This document shows, piece by piece, positions 48,839 to 58,575 of a DNA stretch of 64,000 nt. The first letter of the stretch is position 1. Every line of letters starts with the position of its first letter. The notes below the pieces were generated by a model. The model saw only the letters and a list, made by a program, of their open reading frames with translations, was not told the DNA's origin and did no database searches. The position numbers were made by a program, and so were the translations under genes. This DNA is from a virus: positions 1 to 64,000 of the IMG/VR virus record IMGVR_UViG_3300031741_000001; one strand, written 5' to 3'.

Positions 48839-49567
48839 TCATTCTATCCTCAGCGTTTCAAAAATTACTAAAGTTGATGTTAAGACATTCAAAGAGCTAA
48901 AGACAGCCATGCTGTAAATCCACTGCAAATCATTAAGCTTTTCTACAGCTACTTTTTGATCGTATTTAGGCGCTCCTGATTCTTTAATTTTATCTACAGC
49001 CTTCCATAGAGACGCTTCATTGATATTTTTAAAATCTAGTAGTCCTTTACAGAGAGCCATAGTTGATTTTTTTAAAGTCATGAGATTGTTATAATCATAT
49101 CCTAATTCTGCTATATCTTGTTGATTCTTTTTAGAACTTCCAAATGCTCTAGAGAAAAGGTTTTTTCTATCGGTTGGAACTTCACTACTTTTTTTAGAAA
49201 ACTTATTATAAGGATCTTCACCTATCTTGCATGATAGTTTAGCAATAGTCGTCATCTTCCAACTAAATGGACTTTTAGTAGACATCTTCTTTAGTTCATT
49301 TAGAATATTAATAATAGCTGTATTTAGAAAAGCTATTCTATCTTCAGGTAATCCTCCAGTTTTTCTAGTAGATCGTTTTTCGACATCTTCTTTAGAAACG
49401 TTCCATTTTTTAAGAAAATCATATAATACTTGAACAGACTCTAAAGAGTCTACTTTCAATGATCCCATCCAATTAAGTTTTTTTCCGAAACCGCCGTCGG
49501 ATCCCAGAGTAAGATTTCTTTCCATAGCAACATCTTCTGCGGGTAAACTGTTTAATATATTGTACAT
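48839..49567 (-). CDS. Putative internal head protein, paralog of 48025..48810
   Basis: MYNILNSLPAEDVAME|RNLT. Confidence 0.6.
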   Translation of the reverse strand: MYNILNSLPAEDVAMERNLTLGSDGGFGKKLNWMGSLKVDSLESVQVLYDFLKKWNVSKEDVEKRSTRKTGGLPEDRIAFLNTAIINILNELKKMSTKSPFSWKMTTIAKLSCKIGEDPYNKFSKKSSEVPTDRKNLFSRAFGSSKKNQQDIAELGYDYNNLMTLKKSTMALCKGLLDFKNINEASLWKAVDKIKESGAPKYDQKVAVEKLNDLQWIYSMAVFSSLNVLTSTLVIFETLRIE

Positions 49568-49577
49568 AATATCTCCT

Positions 49578-50567
49578 TTAGAAGTTAGTTATTTTAAGAG
49601 AAGCTGTTAAGGCATCCATATCTTTTTTAAATCCAGTTTTCTTTATAGTATTAGTTATAGTCGGATTTTTAAATCCTGAAACGTTTTTAAGTAATACGTA
49701 AACAAAATATGGAGGGTATGTTAACGCCAATAGCATGGTCTGATTATCAGAAGCACTCATTGCAAACATCTTAAAGAGGATAGGCAATCCGAAGAACTTC
49801 ATCCTTGGAGGTCCTGATGTTTTTAAGAAAGAACATATATTTAAAAGAGTAAGTTCTTTATATTCGTCGTGGAATAAATCCAAACGCCCGTTTATTTCAG
49901 ATAACGTTCCTAAGAAAGCGCATCTATTTAATAGGTATGGAACTTTATCGTTACTTTCTCTACCAAGCATTTTGGCGTAGTATGCAGCGAATAATGTTTG
50001 GACTAATCTAAAGTCCTGAAAATCTAAATTGAATGTTATCTGTAAAAGTAAAGAGATTATATTACTGTACATTTTAATAACTATAGAAGCTATAGTTGGA
50101 GATAACCATCCATTACTCACATCGTAAGATTTACAAAGAGTAGCTAATACGACAGTATTAAAAAGTCTCATACTATCACTTATTCTAATCTCTTCGGTTC
50201 TTAATTGTTTTTTAAAAACATATGGAGTTATATTGACCCAGGGTTTCTTTAAGTAGTCAGGACATTGCTTAAGAGCTTCTCCATCAATGACTATCTGTTC
50301 CATCAGAAGTATTTCAGGTATTGAAACAGTTTGAATATCTGAGAAATTCATAAAGTATATCTTATCCAATTTCCTATCTAAAACTATCCTATTGAAAATA
50401 TCAGTAAGTGGAGTACTCGATAGAGTTCTAGCTGCTGCTATTATATTAAGCCCTATAGATCCTACTGTTATTTCCGGTTTAAATTTAATAAGAAACGGAA
50501 TAGCTTTCTGCGCTTGGGTCTGTAGATCTGTCGCTTTCGCGTATTGGCTATTGAAAATAGTTTCCAT
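49578..50567 (-). CDS. Conserved phiKZ-like virion protein (gp28-like)
   Basis: 329 aa, ALTYPPYF motif; divergent from the tail sheath gene as in phiKZ. Confidence 0.55.
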   Translation of the reverse strand: METIFNSQYAKATDLQTQAQKAIPFLIKFKPEITVGSIGLNIIAAARTLSSTPLTDIFNRIVLDRKLDKIYFMNFSDIQTVSIPEILLMEQIVIDGEALKQCPDYLKKPWVNITPYVFKKQLRTEEIRISDSMRLFNTVVLATLCKSYDVSNGWLSPTIASIVIKMYSNIISLLLQITFNLDFQDFRLVQTLFAAYYAKMLGRESNDKVPYLLNRCAFLGTLSEINGRLDLFHDEYKELTLLNICSFLKTSGPPRMKFFGLPILFKMFAMSASDNQTMLLALTYPPYFVYVLLKNVSGFKNPTITNTIKKTGFKKDMDALTASLKITNF

Positions 50568-50604
50568 TTTGCCTCATTTCTATTGTTTTAATTTAGGTTT
50601 CTCT

Positions 50605-50620
50605 TTATATAGAATAGTTT
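50605..50620 (-). promoter_or_regulatory. Putative late promoter (AAACTATTCTATATAA)
   Basis: Identical to 9671-9686. Confidence 0.55.
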
Positions 50621-50719
50621 ATTAGAATCTCTCTTAAGGTTAATAGTAGCTTATTAATCTCACCATATTATATATAGAAAACCATTTAAGTTAATATCAC
50701 ATTATCTAAGGAGGATAAA

Positions 50720-52852
50720 ATGATCATTAAGCCTTATCCGCATGTAGACATAAACGTGGAGGATGAAACCGACGTGGAGGTTTTTCAAACCGCGTTTGAA
50801 CCTCTAGCTAAGGAATTAATTTTCCTGAAATCTGAAATGGGAATACCCTTTGAACCTGTCTGGTGCGAAACTTTTAATGTTGCGCAAAAGAAATTCGGTG
50901 CAGGGACTTTCGACGTAACGAATAAAACTTACTTCTCACAAGCAGCTTACTTCGCTAATACTATCTTCCAGAACAATGGAGCTTTCGTCTGTAGAATATC
51001 TCCGTTCGGTATCCCGATCCCAAAAACCCAGACCGGTAAGACAACCCCTATGGTTTTAGCTACTCAAGCTTTTATGATTCTAGAAGTTTATTACAGACCA
51101 ACAACTATCGTTATCCCTCCAGCCGATCCTAGTGAGATTCCAGCCACTCCTGCTGTACCTAACGGAGTTGAATTGTTTTGGAATTGTAGGACAACTTTTG
51201 AAACTGGTGAAACCATAGCGGATATTAAGAAAATAAAATCAAGATCTGTACCGAGTACTGGAACCGATAAAACAGCATGGACCGTTTTACCGATTGTTTC
51301 ATTTTTGGAAGACACTCCAGGAGCTTGGGGAAACAATACTGGATTTCAACTATTTTACAATTCAGATTTTAATGATCCTGCTTTTGTTCAACGTCCTACT
51401 ATTAATTCTCTACTATTATCGTTTGCTCCAGTTCAGAAACCATCAGGAAGTACAAATCTAGTTTCAATATTCAATAAGTATTCTAGTAAAGTTAATAATT
51501 TTGCAATAGCTCCAGATGTAACAAATCTGGCTACTCAAAGAAAAATTTCTGGTAAAGAACTATTAGCTAATAACTTTAGTGGCGATTGGGCTCTCCCTTA
51601 CTCTCCGTTCTTCTACAGTTCGAATTATGCAGAAATAGGCGAAGCTATTATAAAATACGAATATCCTCCTCCTGCTGACCCAGCAGCTGTCCTTCCAGTT
51701 TATACTATAACTACTGGATATCTTATAAATCTTTTAAGTCTTAAAGACTTAAATAATGTTCCTTATACTAAAGCCGTTTTCTATACTCCATCTACCGATC
51801 CTACAACTCCAGTTACTACATTACCAACACCTGCTCAGATGGCAGACGGGGTTAGTCACTTATTAGCTGGCGGACTCGATGGAAGTATCGATGATACCAC
51901 AATTGAAAGTTTAATTCAAAACTGGTTAGCTGTTAGTATTAATCCTAAAATAACTGATGTGCCTAGATTCCCATTTACCCACATCACTGATCCTGGTTAT
52001 AATATTCTAACTAAGAAAGCAATCATAGCTTTCCAAACTACAAGAAAGCAAGTTAAGAGTATTATATCAACTCAGCAAGTTACCACTGCTAGTTTCGCTA
52101 ACTCTCCTGCTAACACAACTATCAATACTATAGCAGAGGACGAGTCAATCGGCGAAGCTCTAAGAGCATACGCTTTACTTCAAAGAGAGTCTATTATTAA
52201 AGGCACCAGTAGCTGTAGAACAACTATTTTTATGCAGTGCGGTATTGTGAACAATCAGTTATACACCGATTATTTACCAGCAACTTTATGGGCTGCTACT
52301 AAAAGAGCTCAATATGAAAATAGAGATTTTATTAATCAATTTCCAAACGCTCTACCTAACGCTAACGTTGGTATTTTTACAAGTGTGAACTGGACTCCTA
52401 ATAACGCTCAAGAAAAAGAAATGAGTTGGAATGCCGGATTGAACTATTTCCAATTTTATGATCAGAAGCGCATTCATTATGCTGCAATTCGCTCAGTATA
52501 CCCTTACGATAGTAGTGTTCTAGTAGATGATTCTTTCACTGATATTATCGTTTTCACTAAATACAAAATAATAACATGTTGGGCGATATTCTCAGGTATC
52601 AAATTACCAGCAGCAGAATTGCATCAGCAAATAGAAAACGAATTAACAGAATCATTAAATGCAATGTATAATGGAAAAGTCAACTTCACAGTTCTGGCTT
52701 ACCAAAATGCTATAGAAAAACAACTAGGGTATGTGACTCATGTTACTGTCAACATCTACGACACTACAAGTAATAGAGTTTGGGAAGTAGACATTGTCTG
52801 TAAACCTTTAAGTGCTCTAAATGCTCAATCCACTGGCGTGTCAACAACTTAA
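50720..52852 (+). CDS. Contractile tail sheath protein (phiKZ gp29-like)
   Basis: 710 aa; FGAGTFD, PGAWGN, LAGGLDG, DPGY, ES...GT..CR and W..GL...Q.YD motifs. Confidence 0.85.
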   Translation: MIIKPYPHVDINVEDETDVEVFQTAFEPLAKELIFLKSEMGIPFEPVWCETFNVAQKKFGAGTFDVTNKTYFSQAAYFANTIFQNNGAFVCRISPFGIPIPKTQTGKTTPMVLATQAFMILEVYYRPTTIVIPPADPSEIPATPAVPNGVELFWNCRTTFETGETIADIKKIKSRSVPSTGTDKTAWTVLPIVSFLEDTPGAWGNNTGFQLFYNSDFNDPAFVQRPTINSLLLSFAPVQKPSGSTNLVSIFNKYSSKVNNFAIAPDVTNLATQRKISGKELLANNFSGDWALPYSPFFYSSNYAEIGEAIIKYEYPPPADPAAVLPVYTITTGYLINLLSLKDLNNVPYTKAVFYTPSTDPTTPVTTLPTPAQMADGVSHLLAGGLDGSIDDTTIESLIQNWLAVSINPKITDVPRFPFTHITDPGYNILTKKAIIAFQTTRKQVKSIISTQQVTTASFANSPANTTINTIAEDESIGEALRAYALLQRESIIKGTSSCRTTIFMQCGIVNNQLYTDYLPATLWAATKRAQYENRDFINQFPNALPNANVGIFTSVNWTPNNAQEKEMSWNAGLNYFQFYDQKRIHYAAIRSVYPYDSSVLVDDSFTDIIVFTKYKIITCWAIFSGIKLPAAELHQQIENELTESLNAMYNGKVNFTVLAYQNAIEKQLGYVTHVTVNIYDTTSNRVWEVDIVCKPLSALNAQSTGVSTT

Positions 52853-52872
52853 AATAGATAAGAGAGGAAATT

Positions 52873-53724
52873 ATGTCAGGAACAAATAACAATTTTATTT
52901 CGAATGCTTCTATTTTTGGTGGCGGTGCCGGGATTACCGTAGCCAATATGGAAGTGGGAGCTCAGTTAGGGGTTGGGATACAACCTAAGAATTTAGATGC
53001 TGCTACTCCACTTCTTTTTACACCCACAGTGATCGTTGTAATGCAACTACCGACAATGTATAACGATGCTAAGTATTTACCTTTAACTAAAATGATTAAA
53101 GCTTTATTGGAAGGTTGCGCCAAGTCAGTCACCGGTATAGATTTTGAGTATACTCTTGAAACTCTAGATCAACCTGCCGGTAATGATGGTCAGAACCTTA
53201 AAATTCCATCAAAGACTAAAAGATCTGAAGTTACTCCTACTTTCACTATCCCTGAAGTGACAGGTAATTTAGTGTGGAACATTTTCACGCAATGGACTAA
53301 CGATGCTCAGAATGCTGATACTAACGCTTCTATGGCAACTATTGATAAACCTGGAACGTTTACCATGTCAGCCTACTCGATGAGTATGATGGCTATCCAA
53401 TTCGATCCTACAATGATTCCTGAGAATATAGTAGCATCTGCTTACTATACTGGAATGTTCCCAACAAGTCCAGGTGGAACACTCGGGTTAGAAAGACAAA
53501 TTGCAACTCCAAAAGTGATGGATAGGGATGTTGTATTTAGCGGATTAGTAATGCATAATCAATATATTCACAAATTGGGTATTCAAATAGCAAAGATTCT
53601 TCAATTAAGAAAAGCTGTTTATCTCAATGAAAGAACTGGAGTTACTAGTATTAACTCAGCAATAGCGAATGCTGGACTTGTTGAACAAGTTAAAGCAGTC
53701 ATCGCTAATCAAGGAACGACCTAA
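52873..53724 (+). CDS. Tail tube protein (phiKZ gp30-like)
   Basis: 283 aa directly after the sheath; PTFTIPE..GN, IQFDPT and GMFP motifs. Confidence 0.8.
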   Translation: MSGTNNNFISNASIFGGGAGITVANMEVGAQLGVGIQPKNLDAATPLLFTPTVIVVMQLPTMYNDAKYLPLTKMIKALLEGCAKSVTGIDFEYTLETLDQPAGNDGQNLKIPSKTKRSEVTPTFTIPEVTGNLVWNIFTQWTNDAQNADTNASMATIDKPGTFTMSAYSMSMMAIQFDPTMIPENIVASAYYTGMFPTSPGGTLGLERQIATPKVMDRDVVFSGLVMHNQYIHKLGIQIAKILQLRKAVYLNERTGVTSINSAIANAGLVEQVKAVIANQGTT

Positions 53725-53731
53725 AAAAAAT

Positions 53732-53770
53732 AACTCAACTTCTCTCGTTCTGAACGAGAGAAGTTGAGTT
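53732..53770. terminator. Bidirectional terminator (19 bp inverted repeat)
   Basis: AACTCAACTTCTCTCGTTC-t-GAACGAGAGAAGTTGAGTT between the convergent tube and portal genes. Confidence 0.85.
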
Positions 53771-53791
53771 TTAGCTTTTACTATTCTACTA

Positions 53792-56182
53792 TTACCATCC
53801 ACCACCACTTGAACCTTCAGAGTCGCCGTTTAAAACTTTAACTCTATCATTAACACCTTTAGATAGGTTTATTAGATATTGAGTAAGATCGGTTAAGTCA
53901 GAAGAATCTATACTTTCTAATTCTGGTAACTCAAACATTTTATGATATCCAATGTCTTTTATTACTTTCTTAAGATTTTTAGTTTTCATTAACATCTTAA
54001 CGCTAGTTAGTGTATTTTTTAACTTCTGATCGTCCACCGGAATACTATCGTTTGGATATAAAGCATCGAAAATGGTATCTAGGGTTCCTACTATTTCATT
54101 AACCTCAGTATATTTACTTTTATTAGTAGCTACATTACAAGTAGGTAGAGTCACTTTAATATTTCTAATAACGTCTTCTAGAGCTACCTCTTCCTTCTCG
54201 GTACCTTCGGGCACCTTCACATCAGCATCATCCAGTATAGCTTTTATTTTTTCACGCAATGGAAAAGAATACTTTACATAGTTTCTAATAAATTTATTAT
54301 TAATAGGAGCTACTTGTCTTTGCCTAACTCTAATCACATTGGAGAAATGTAAATCCGTAGTTGCAATCGATCTACTATACTCGTTCTGACCCATTTCATT
54401 AATAGCTGATGGCGGAACTCCTATATGGATAATTGCCATCTTAGTTAATCTCTCTAGAAGTCCTGGCTCAGCCTGAGCAATATTAGAATTCCTATGTGTC
54501 TTCTCTACGCTTAAACTACCTTCTAACCCTTTCATATTCTTAGGGAATACTTTTGTAGCTAAACCTATGATATTTTGAGTAGAGGTGTATGGGTTTGTGT
54601 TAAAACGTGGAGTGTTCTTCATCACAGCAATATTCTTATAGGTCTGTAATGTTTCTTCAATATTAATATTCTTTTTATTAACGTCTACTTCTATTATTGT
54701 TTCATCAACTGCATTTTTCATAGTTGTTAAAACATTAGAAATAATCAGAGTAGTTCTTAGAGCTAAAAGGAATTCTATATCTTCTAGAAGCGATTTACCT
54801 GTCCCATCGTCGTTAAACTCGAAAGCGTAATACATCATTAAAGGTTCTGGGACAAAAACTATTTTAGTTTTAATACCATGAAGCATATTATAGAAAAGAC
54901 ATTTGGATAACCCATCATACTGGTGTAGAGTTATTCCTTCTCCAAGATCTAAACTTCCTAATTGTTCTTTAAGTAGTTTCTTAATAGTTAAAGCAAAGAC
55001 AGCTTTAGCTGCTTTCTTTTTTTCGATACCGCTAAAATCAGAGAATATACTTTTATTCTGATATCCGTTACCATAAAGAGCCCTATAATTATCGTTAGAT
55101 AATCCACTTGGGGAATCGTTAACGCTACCCATCATACTCGAAGAGAGAACGTTATCTAAATCGTCAGTGAGAACAAAGTAACCAATATGCTCTCTAGTTG
55201 ATCCTGGAACACAAACCGGAACTGTTAAAGCTGAATCCAATTCTAATACGAATGGATGATCCCCTTCAATAACATCAGCAGTACCGTTCAATGAGAAAAT
55301 CTTGCTCTCACCAAATCCTAGAACTTGAGATTCCATTTTCTTTAATAGATCTCTGGATTTATCTAAACTCTTTTTACTATCCTGTATCCTAAAAGGATTA
55401 CTTACAAACGATAATGAATCGAGATTATCTTTTATAAACTCTAATGAGCCTTGCACTAGAGCTTTAGTACATTTGGATGCTTTTTGCATAGAATCAGCAT
55501 CTTCTATCTCTAAAGATTCAAAAGAGATATCAAGTATTGCGTCCTTTTCTAAATCGTCAGAGAACTCCTTAGTGAAGCTAAGATCTTTAGAATTCGTAAA
55601 GCAATTAAAACTCTCTAATCCTACACCTTTATCGGTTAAGAGATCCAATGCTCTTATTTCCGATCTAGGGACAATCATCACTGGAGCAGCTCCTTCATCG
55701 AAAAGACTTTTATCTAACCACTCTTTAAGTTTTACTCCAAATTGAAATTCGTCATTGAAGTAGTCGTTTAAAAATGTCGATAGGGATGTGTCCAAAGTCG
55801 AGTTACCTGTATCTACTTGAACATTAATAGCATCGGTCTGCATGTCAGTTGGTGACATTATAGAACTTACATAAATCATTTTAAGTTGTGATATTTCTGG
55901 AGAGAGATACGATAGATCTTTTAACCTCTTCTTAACGGTAGATCTTTGAGATGAGATTGTTTTAATATGAGAAACCATATTCCCTATTATCTCATGTTCA
56001 TTAAATCCTTTAGTTTTATCTGAAACTGTCATCTTCTGCAATTCAGATTTACTAAATTGGGATAAAACTATTTTTGAATTCTCATTTGTTTCACTTATTA
56101 CATTTTGCCCACTCAAGATTGGTGATTTTACATCAAAAATATTAAAAACTCTTAAGATACTTCTAAATAAACCTTTAGCCAT
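53792..56182 (-). CDS. Portal protein (phiKZ gp129-like)
   Basis: 796 aa; SSIMSP, PVCVPG...EHIGYFVL.D, YYAF...GTGKSLLE motifs; GLE/SFE/SLE processing sites. Confidence 0.75.
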   Translation of the reverse strand: MAKGLFRSILRVFNIFDVKSPILSGQNVISETNENSKIVLSQFSKSELQKMTVSDKTKGFNEHEIIGNMVSHIKTISSQRSTVKKRLKDLSYLSPEISQLKMIYVSSIMSPTDMQTDAINVQVDTGNSTLDTSLSTFLNDYFNDEFQFGVKLKEWLDKSLFDEGAAPVMIVPRSEIRALDLLTDKGVGLESFNCFTNSKDLSFTKEFSDDLEKDAILDISFESLEIEDADSMQKASKCTKALVQGSLEFIKDNLDSLSFVSNPFRIQDSKKSLDKSRDLLKKMESQVLGFGESKIFSLNGTADVIEGDHPFVLELDSALTVPVCVPGSTREHIGYFVLTDDLDNVLSSSMMGSVNDSPSGLSNDNYRALYGNGYQNKSIFSDFSGIEKKKAAKAVFALTIKKLLKEQLGSLDLGEGITLHQYDGLSKCLFYNMLHGIKTKIVFVPEPLMMYYAFEFNDDGTGKSLLEDIEFLLALRTTLIISNVLTTMKNAVDETIIEVDVNKKNINIEETLQTYKNIAVMKNTPRFNTNPYTSTQNIIGLATKVFPKNMKGLEGSLSVEKTHRNSNIAQAEPGLLERLTKMAIIHIGVPPSAINEMGQNEYSRSIATTDLHFSNVIRVRQRQVAPINNKFIRNYVKYSFPLREKIKAILDDADVKVPEGTEKEEVALEDVIRNIKVTLPTCNVATNKSKYTEVNEIVGTLDTIFDALYPNDSIPVDDQKLKNTLTSVKMLMKTKNLKKVIKDIGYHKMFELPELESIDSSDLTDLTQYLINLSKGVNDRVKVLNGDSEGSSGGGW

Positions 56183-56194
56183 GATAATCTCCTT

Positions 56195-56235
56195 TTATAT
56201 AGAATGGTTTGCTAAAGATTGAACATTTTATATAA
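56195..56235. promoter_or_regulatory. Divergent pair of late-type promoters
   Basis: AAACCATTCTATATAA (minus, 56195-56210) and AACATTTTATATAA (plus, 56222-56235). Confidence 0.5.
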
Positions 56236-56262
56236 TAAATATTTTTAACCGAAGGAAAAATA

Positions 56263-58575
56263 ATGATTACTTTTAATAATATTTTTTGTGAAAACATTAC
56301 ATATTTCCTTAAGACTCTATGTATCAAGAATGATTACTTCGCATCTATAATCAAACAAGAGTACATGTTAAGTAACCAGCTCGATAGTCTTGCCGATATT
56401 AACAATCCGTACTACCTTAATATATGTGGGGAATACGCTCCAGGACAATCCATGATTAAAGTAACTTCAATAGAAACTGGAGAGGTTATAGATTTCACTA
56501 AATCTAATCTAAATAGAGATGCTAAGACCAAATTTACATATAGTGTTAATAATCCAAAATTTGATGAGCTTTTAAATAGATATCCAGGGCAAGAGCATTT
56601 AATATTATCTATAAGATATCCAGCAATAGAAACTCAACTATTACCATATACCAAAGATACAACTATTTTAATGGAAAAACTTATAGCTAGAGAAAACTAT
56701 TCCATTTTAACTTACGATTCCTCATTGTTTTTTAACAATGAGGAATTTTCAATGGTTGAACGTTTAACTCAAACTATGAAACTTATTAGAGATCGATACG
56801 ACATCCCTTCGTTCACTTACGAATTCTACTACCCCCATTTGATGTGGATAAATATATGGAGTTGTTTGTTTTTAAGCTTCGTAACTCAGAGAGTTTGTAA
56901 TTTAAGAACATCTAAAACTATACCTTCTCAGATTTGGGAATTTTTAACGTCTAAAGGGCTATCCAATTATCGTAATGTTTTAACAGAAAAACAAAGTTTA
57001 TTCTTATATAGAAATATAGAATATCTTCTAAAGAATAAAGGCAAGCAGGGAAATCTTTCATATCTTTATGATAAACTACTAAACGAGAGTGGGGTTGCGT
57101 TATGTTCTATAGTTGTAATGCAAAATTCTAAAGGGAGTGCTGAAGATTGCGTACCAACACCTGAAGCTATCCAAGAAATATATAATACATATTCATTTCC
57201 ATCTAATAATTTAGGTCGTGGCGTAGATACTATTGGAGAAATAATAGAAGAGGAATATAAGGTTGGATTAGAACCTATTAATTCCGCTAGCGTGATAGCT
57301 TCTCAAACCGCTTCGTTTAGTAAAAAACCTCAAACCGCAACAATGACAAACCTTATCGATATACAAGGTAGTTTCACTAAAGATTACTATCTTAATTTAA
57401 AATTAAGATTTATTTTGGATACTACACTATCTCTAATATCCGAAAGTGTAATAAAATACAACATAGAGGTGCAAGCGCCTGATAGCGACATTAAGGTTCT
57501 ATTAACTACTGGAGATGCCGTAGCTTTAATGTATTACTGCGCTATGATACAAAACCCTCAGATAGTTCTTTTCACTACAGAAAATATCCAATCTTACATT
57601 GGAGTTAGTTTTGATTGCGACGGTGAGACTATGACTCTAACTGTTGATAATAAGGGAAAATACCTAGGGAAATATGTCGGTATATTAGAACCGATACAGA
57701 TACCTACAAGCACTTATGTCAACTACGCGTTTAAAGAAAATCTAACAGTTTCTATGATCCCCACAACGTTTAGTTTTAGAAACATAACATATGAAATGTC
57801 TAAGTTTTTAGATGCTCAAACGGTAGTTGATTATTTTAAAAACACTAAAAAGAGTTTCTCTACCCCTACTGAATTTACGGACTACCTAAACGCTTCACTT
57901 GTAAACCTAATTAAATATTATGGTGAAATGTATTCGACAATGGATAGAGTTAGGAATAGAGCGTTTTACATAGCTCTACATAGTCTTCTAAACCCTAGGG
58001 ATATAAAATTTGAACTAGTCAATAGGTTCACAACTTATAAGGCTTGGTTCACTGCATATCCAGATCTAGGTAGGATAATTTCTGGATTTAAAACTAGAGC
58101 TAATCCTGCTGAATTATACTCAGCTTTCTCCATTAAGATTCTAGAAACTTTTTTAACAAATTCCACATCCAATACTCTAGAATTCTCAACAAAAAAATAT
58201 GGAAAGATTAAAGAACTACTTATTCAACTATGTAGTTATACTATTGGATTCATTAGTAGTAAAAGTAAGAGTACCGAAAGATTTATCTTCAAAAATAAAA
58301 AAATGTTAACATTAACTAAAAGTATTCATAAATCTCCATTTTTTATTCACCTACCATTATGGAACTTTTCATCTGGGAGTAGGAGTGATGGTAAGGTAGA
58401 GATAAATAATCTAATATCTTTTAACCCTGATCGCACAACTTCGCAATTCAATTCAACTCTAGTAATAAATTTAGATAGAAAGATAGAGATAGGTTCCGAT
58501 AACGCGTCAGTAACATACATACCCAAACAAAATAAAATAAAATATAAAGGGAAATTCTATGTCAACAATATTTGA
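56263..58575 (+). CDS. Virion structural protein (phiKZ gp128-like, probable baseplate wedge)
   Basis: YYLNICGEY, YPGQE.LI and LT.KQSLFLYRNI.YL..NKGK motifs; divergent from the portal gene. Confidence 0.65.
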   Translation: MITFNNIFCENITYFLKTLCIKNDYFASIIKQEYMLSNQLDSLADINNPYYLNICGEYAPGQSMIKVTSIETGEVIDFTKSNLNRDAKTKFTYSVNNPKFDELLNRYPGQEHLILSIRYPAIETQLLPYTKDTTILMEKLIARENYSILTYDSSLFFNNEEFSMVERLTQTMKLIRDRYDIPSFTYEFYYPHLMWINIWSCLFLSFVTQRVCNLRTSKTIPSQIWEFLTSKGLSNYRNVLTEKQSLFLYRNIEYLLKNKGKQGNLSYLYDKLLNESGVALCSIVVMQNSKGSAEDCVPTPEAIQEIYNTYSFPSNNLGRGVDTIGEIIEEEYKVGLEPINSASVIASQTASFSKKPQTATMTNLIDIQGSFTKDYYLNLKLRFILDTTLSLISESVIKYNIEVQAPDSDIKVLLTTGDAVALMYYCAMIQNPQIVLFTTENIQSYIGVSFDCDGETMTLTVDNKGKYLGKYVGILEPIQIPTSTYVNYAFKENLTVSMIPTTFSFRNITYEMSKFLDAQTVVDYFKNTKKSFSTPTEFTDYLNASLVNLIKYYGEMYSTMDRVRNRAFYIALHSLLNPRDIKFELVNRFTTYKAWFTAYPDLGRIISGFKTRANPAELYSAFSIKILETFLTNSTSNTLEFSTKKYGKIKELLIQLCSYTIGFISSKSKSTERFIFKNKKMLTLTKSIHKSPFFIHLPLWNFSSGSRSDGKVEINNLISFNPDRTTSQFNSTLVINLDRKIEIGSDNASVTYIPKQNKIKYKGKFYVNNI

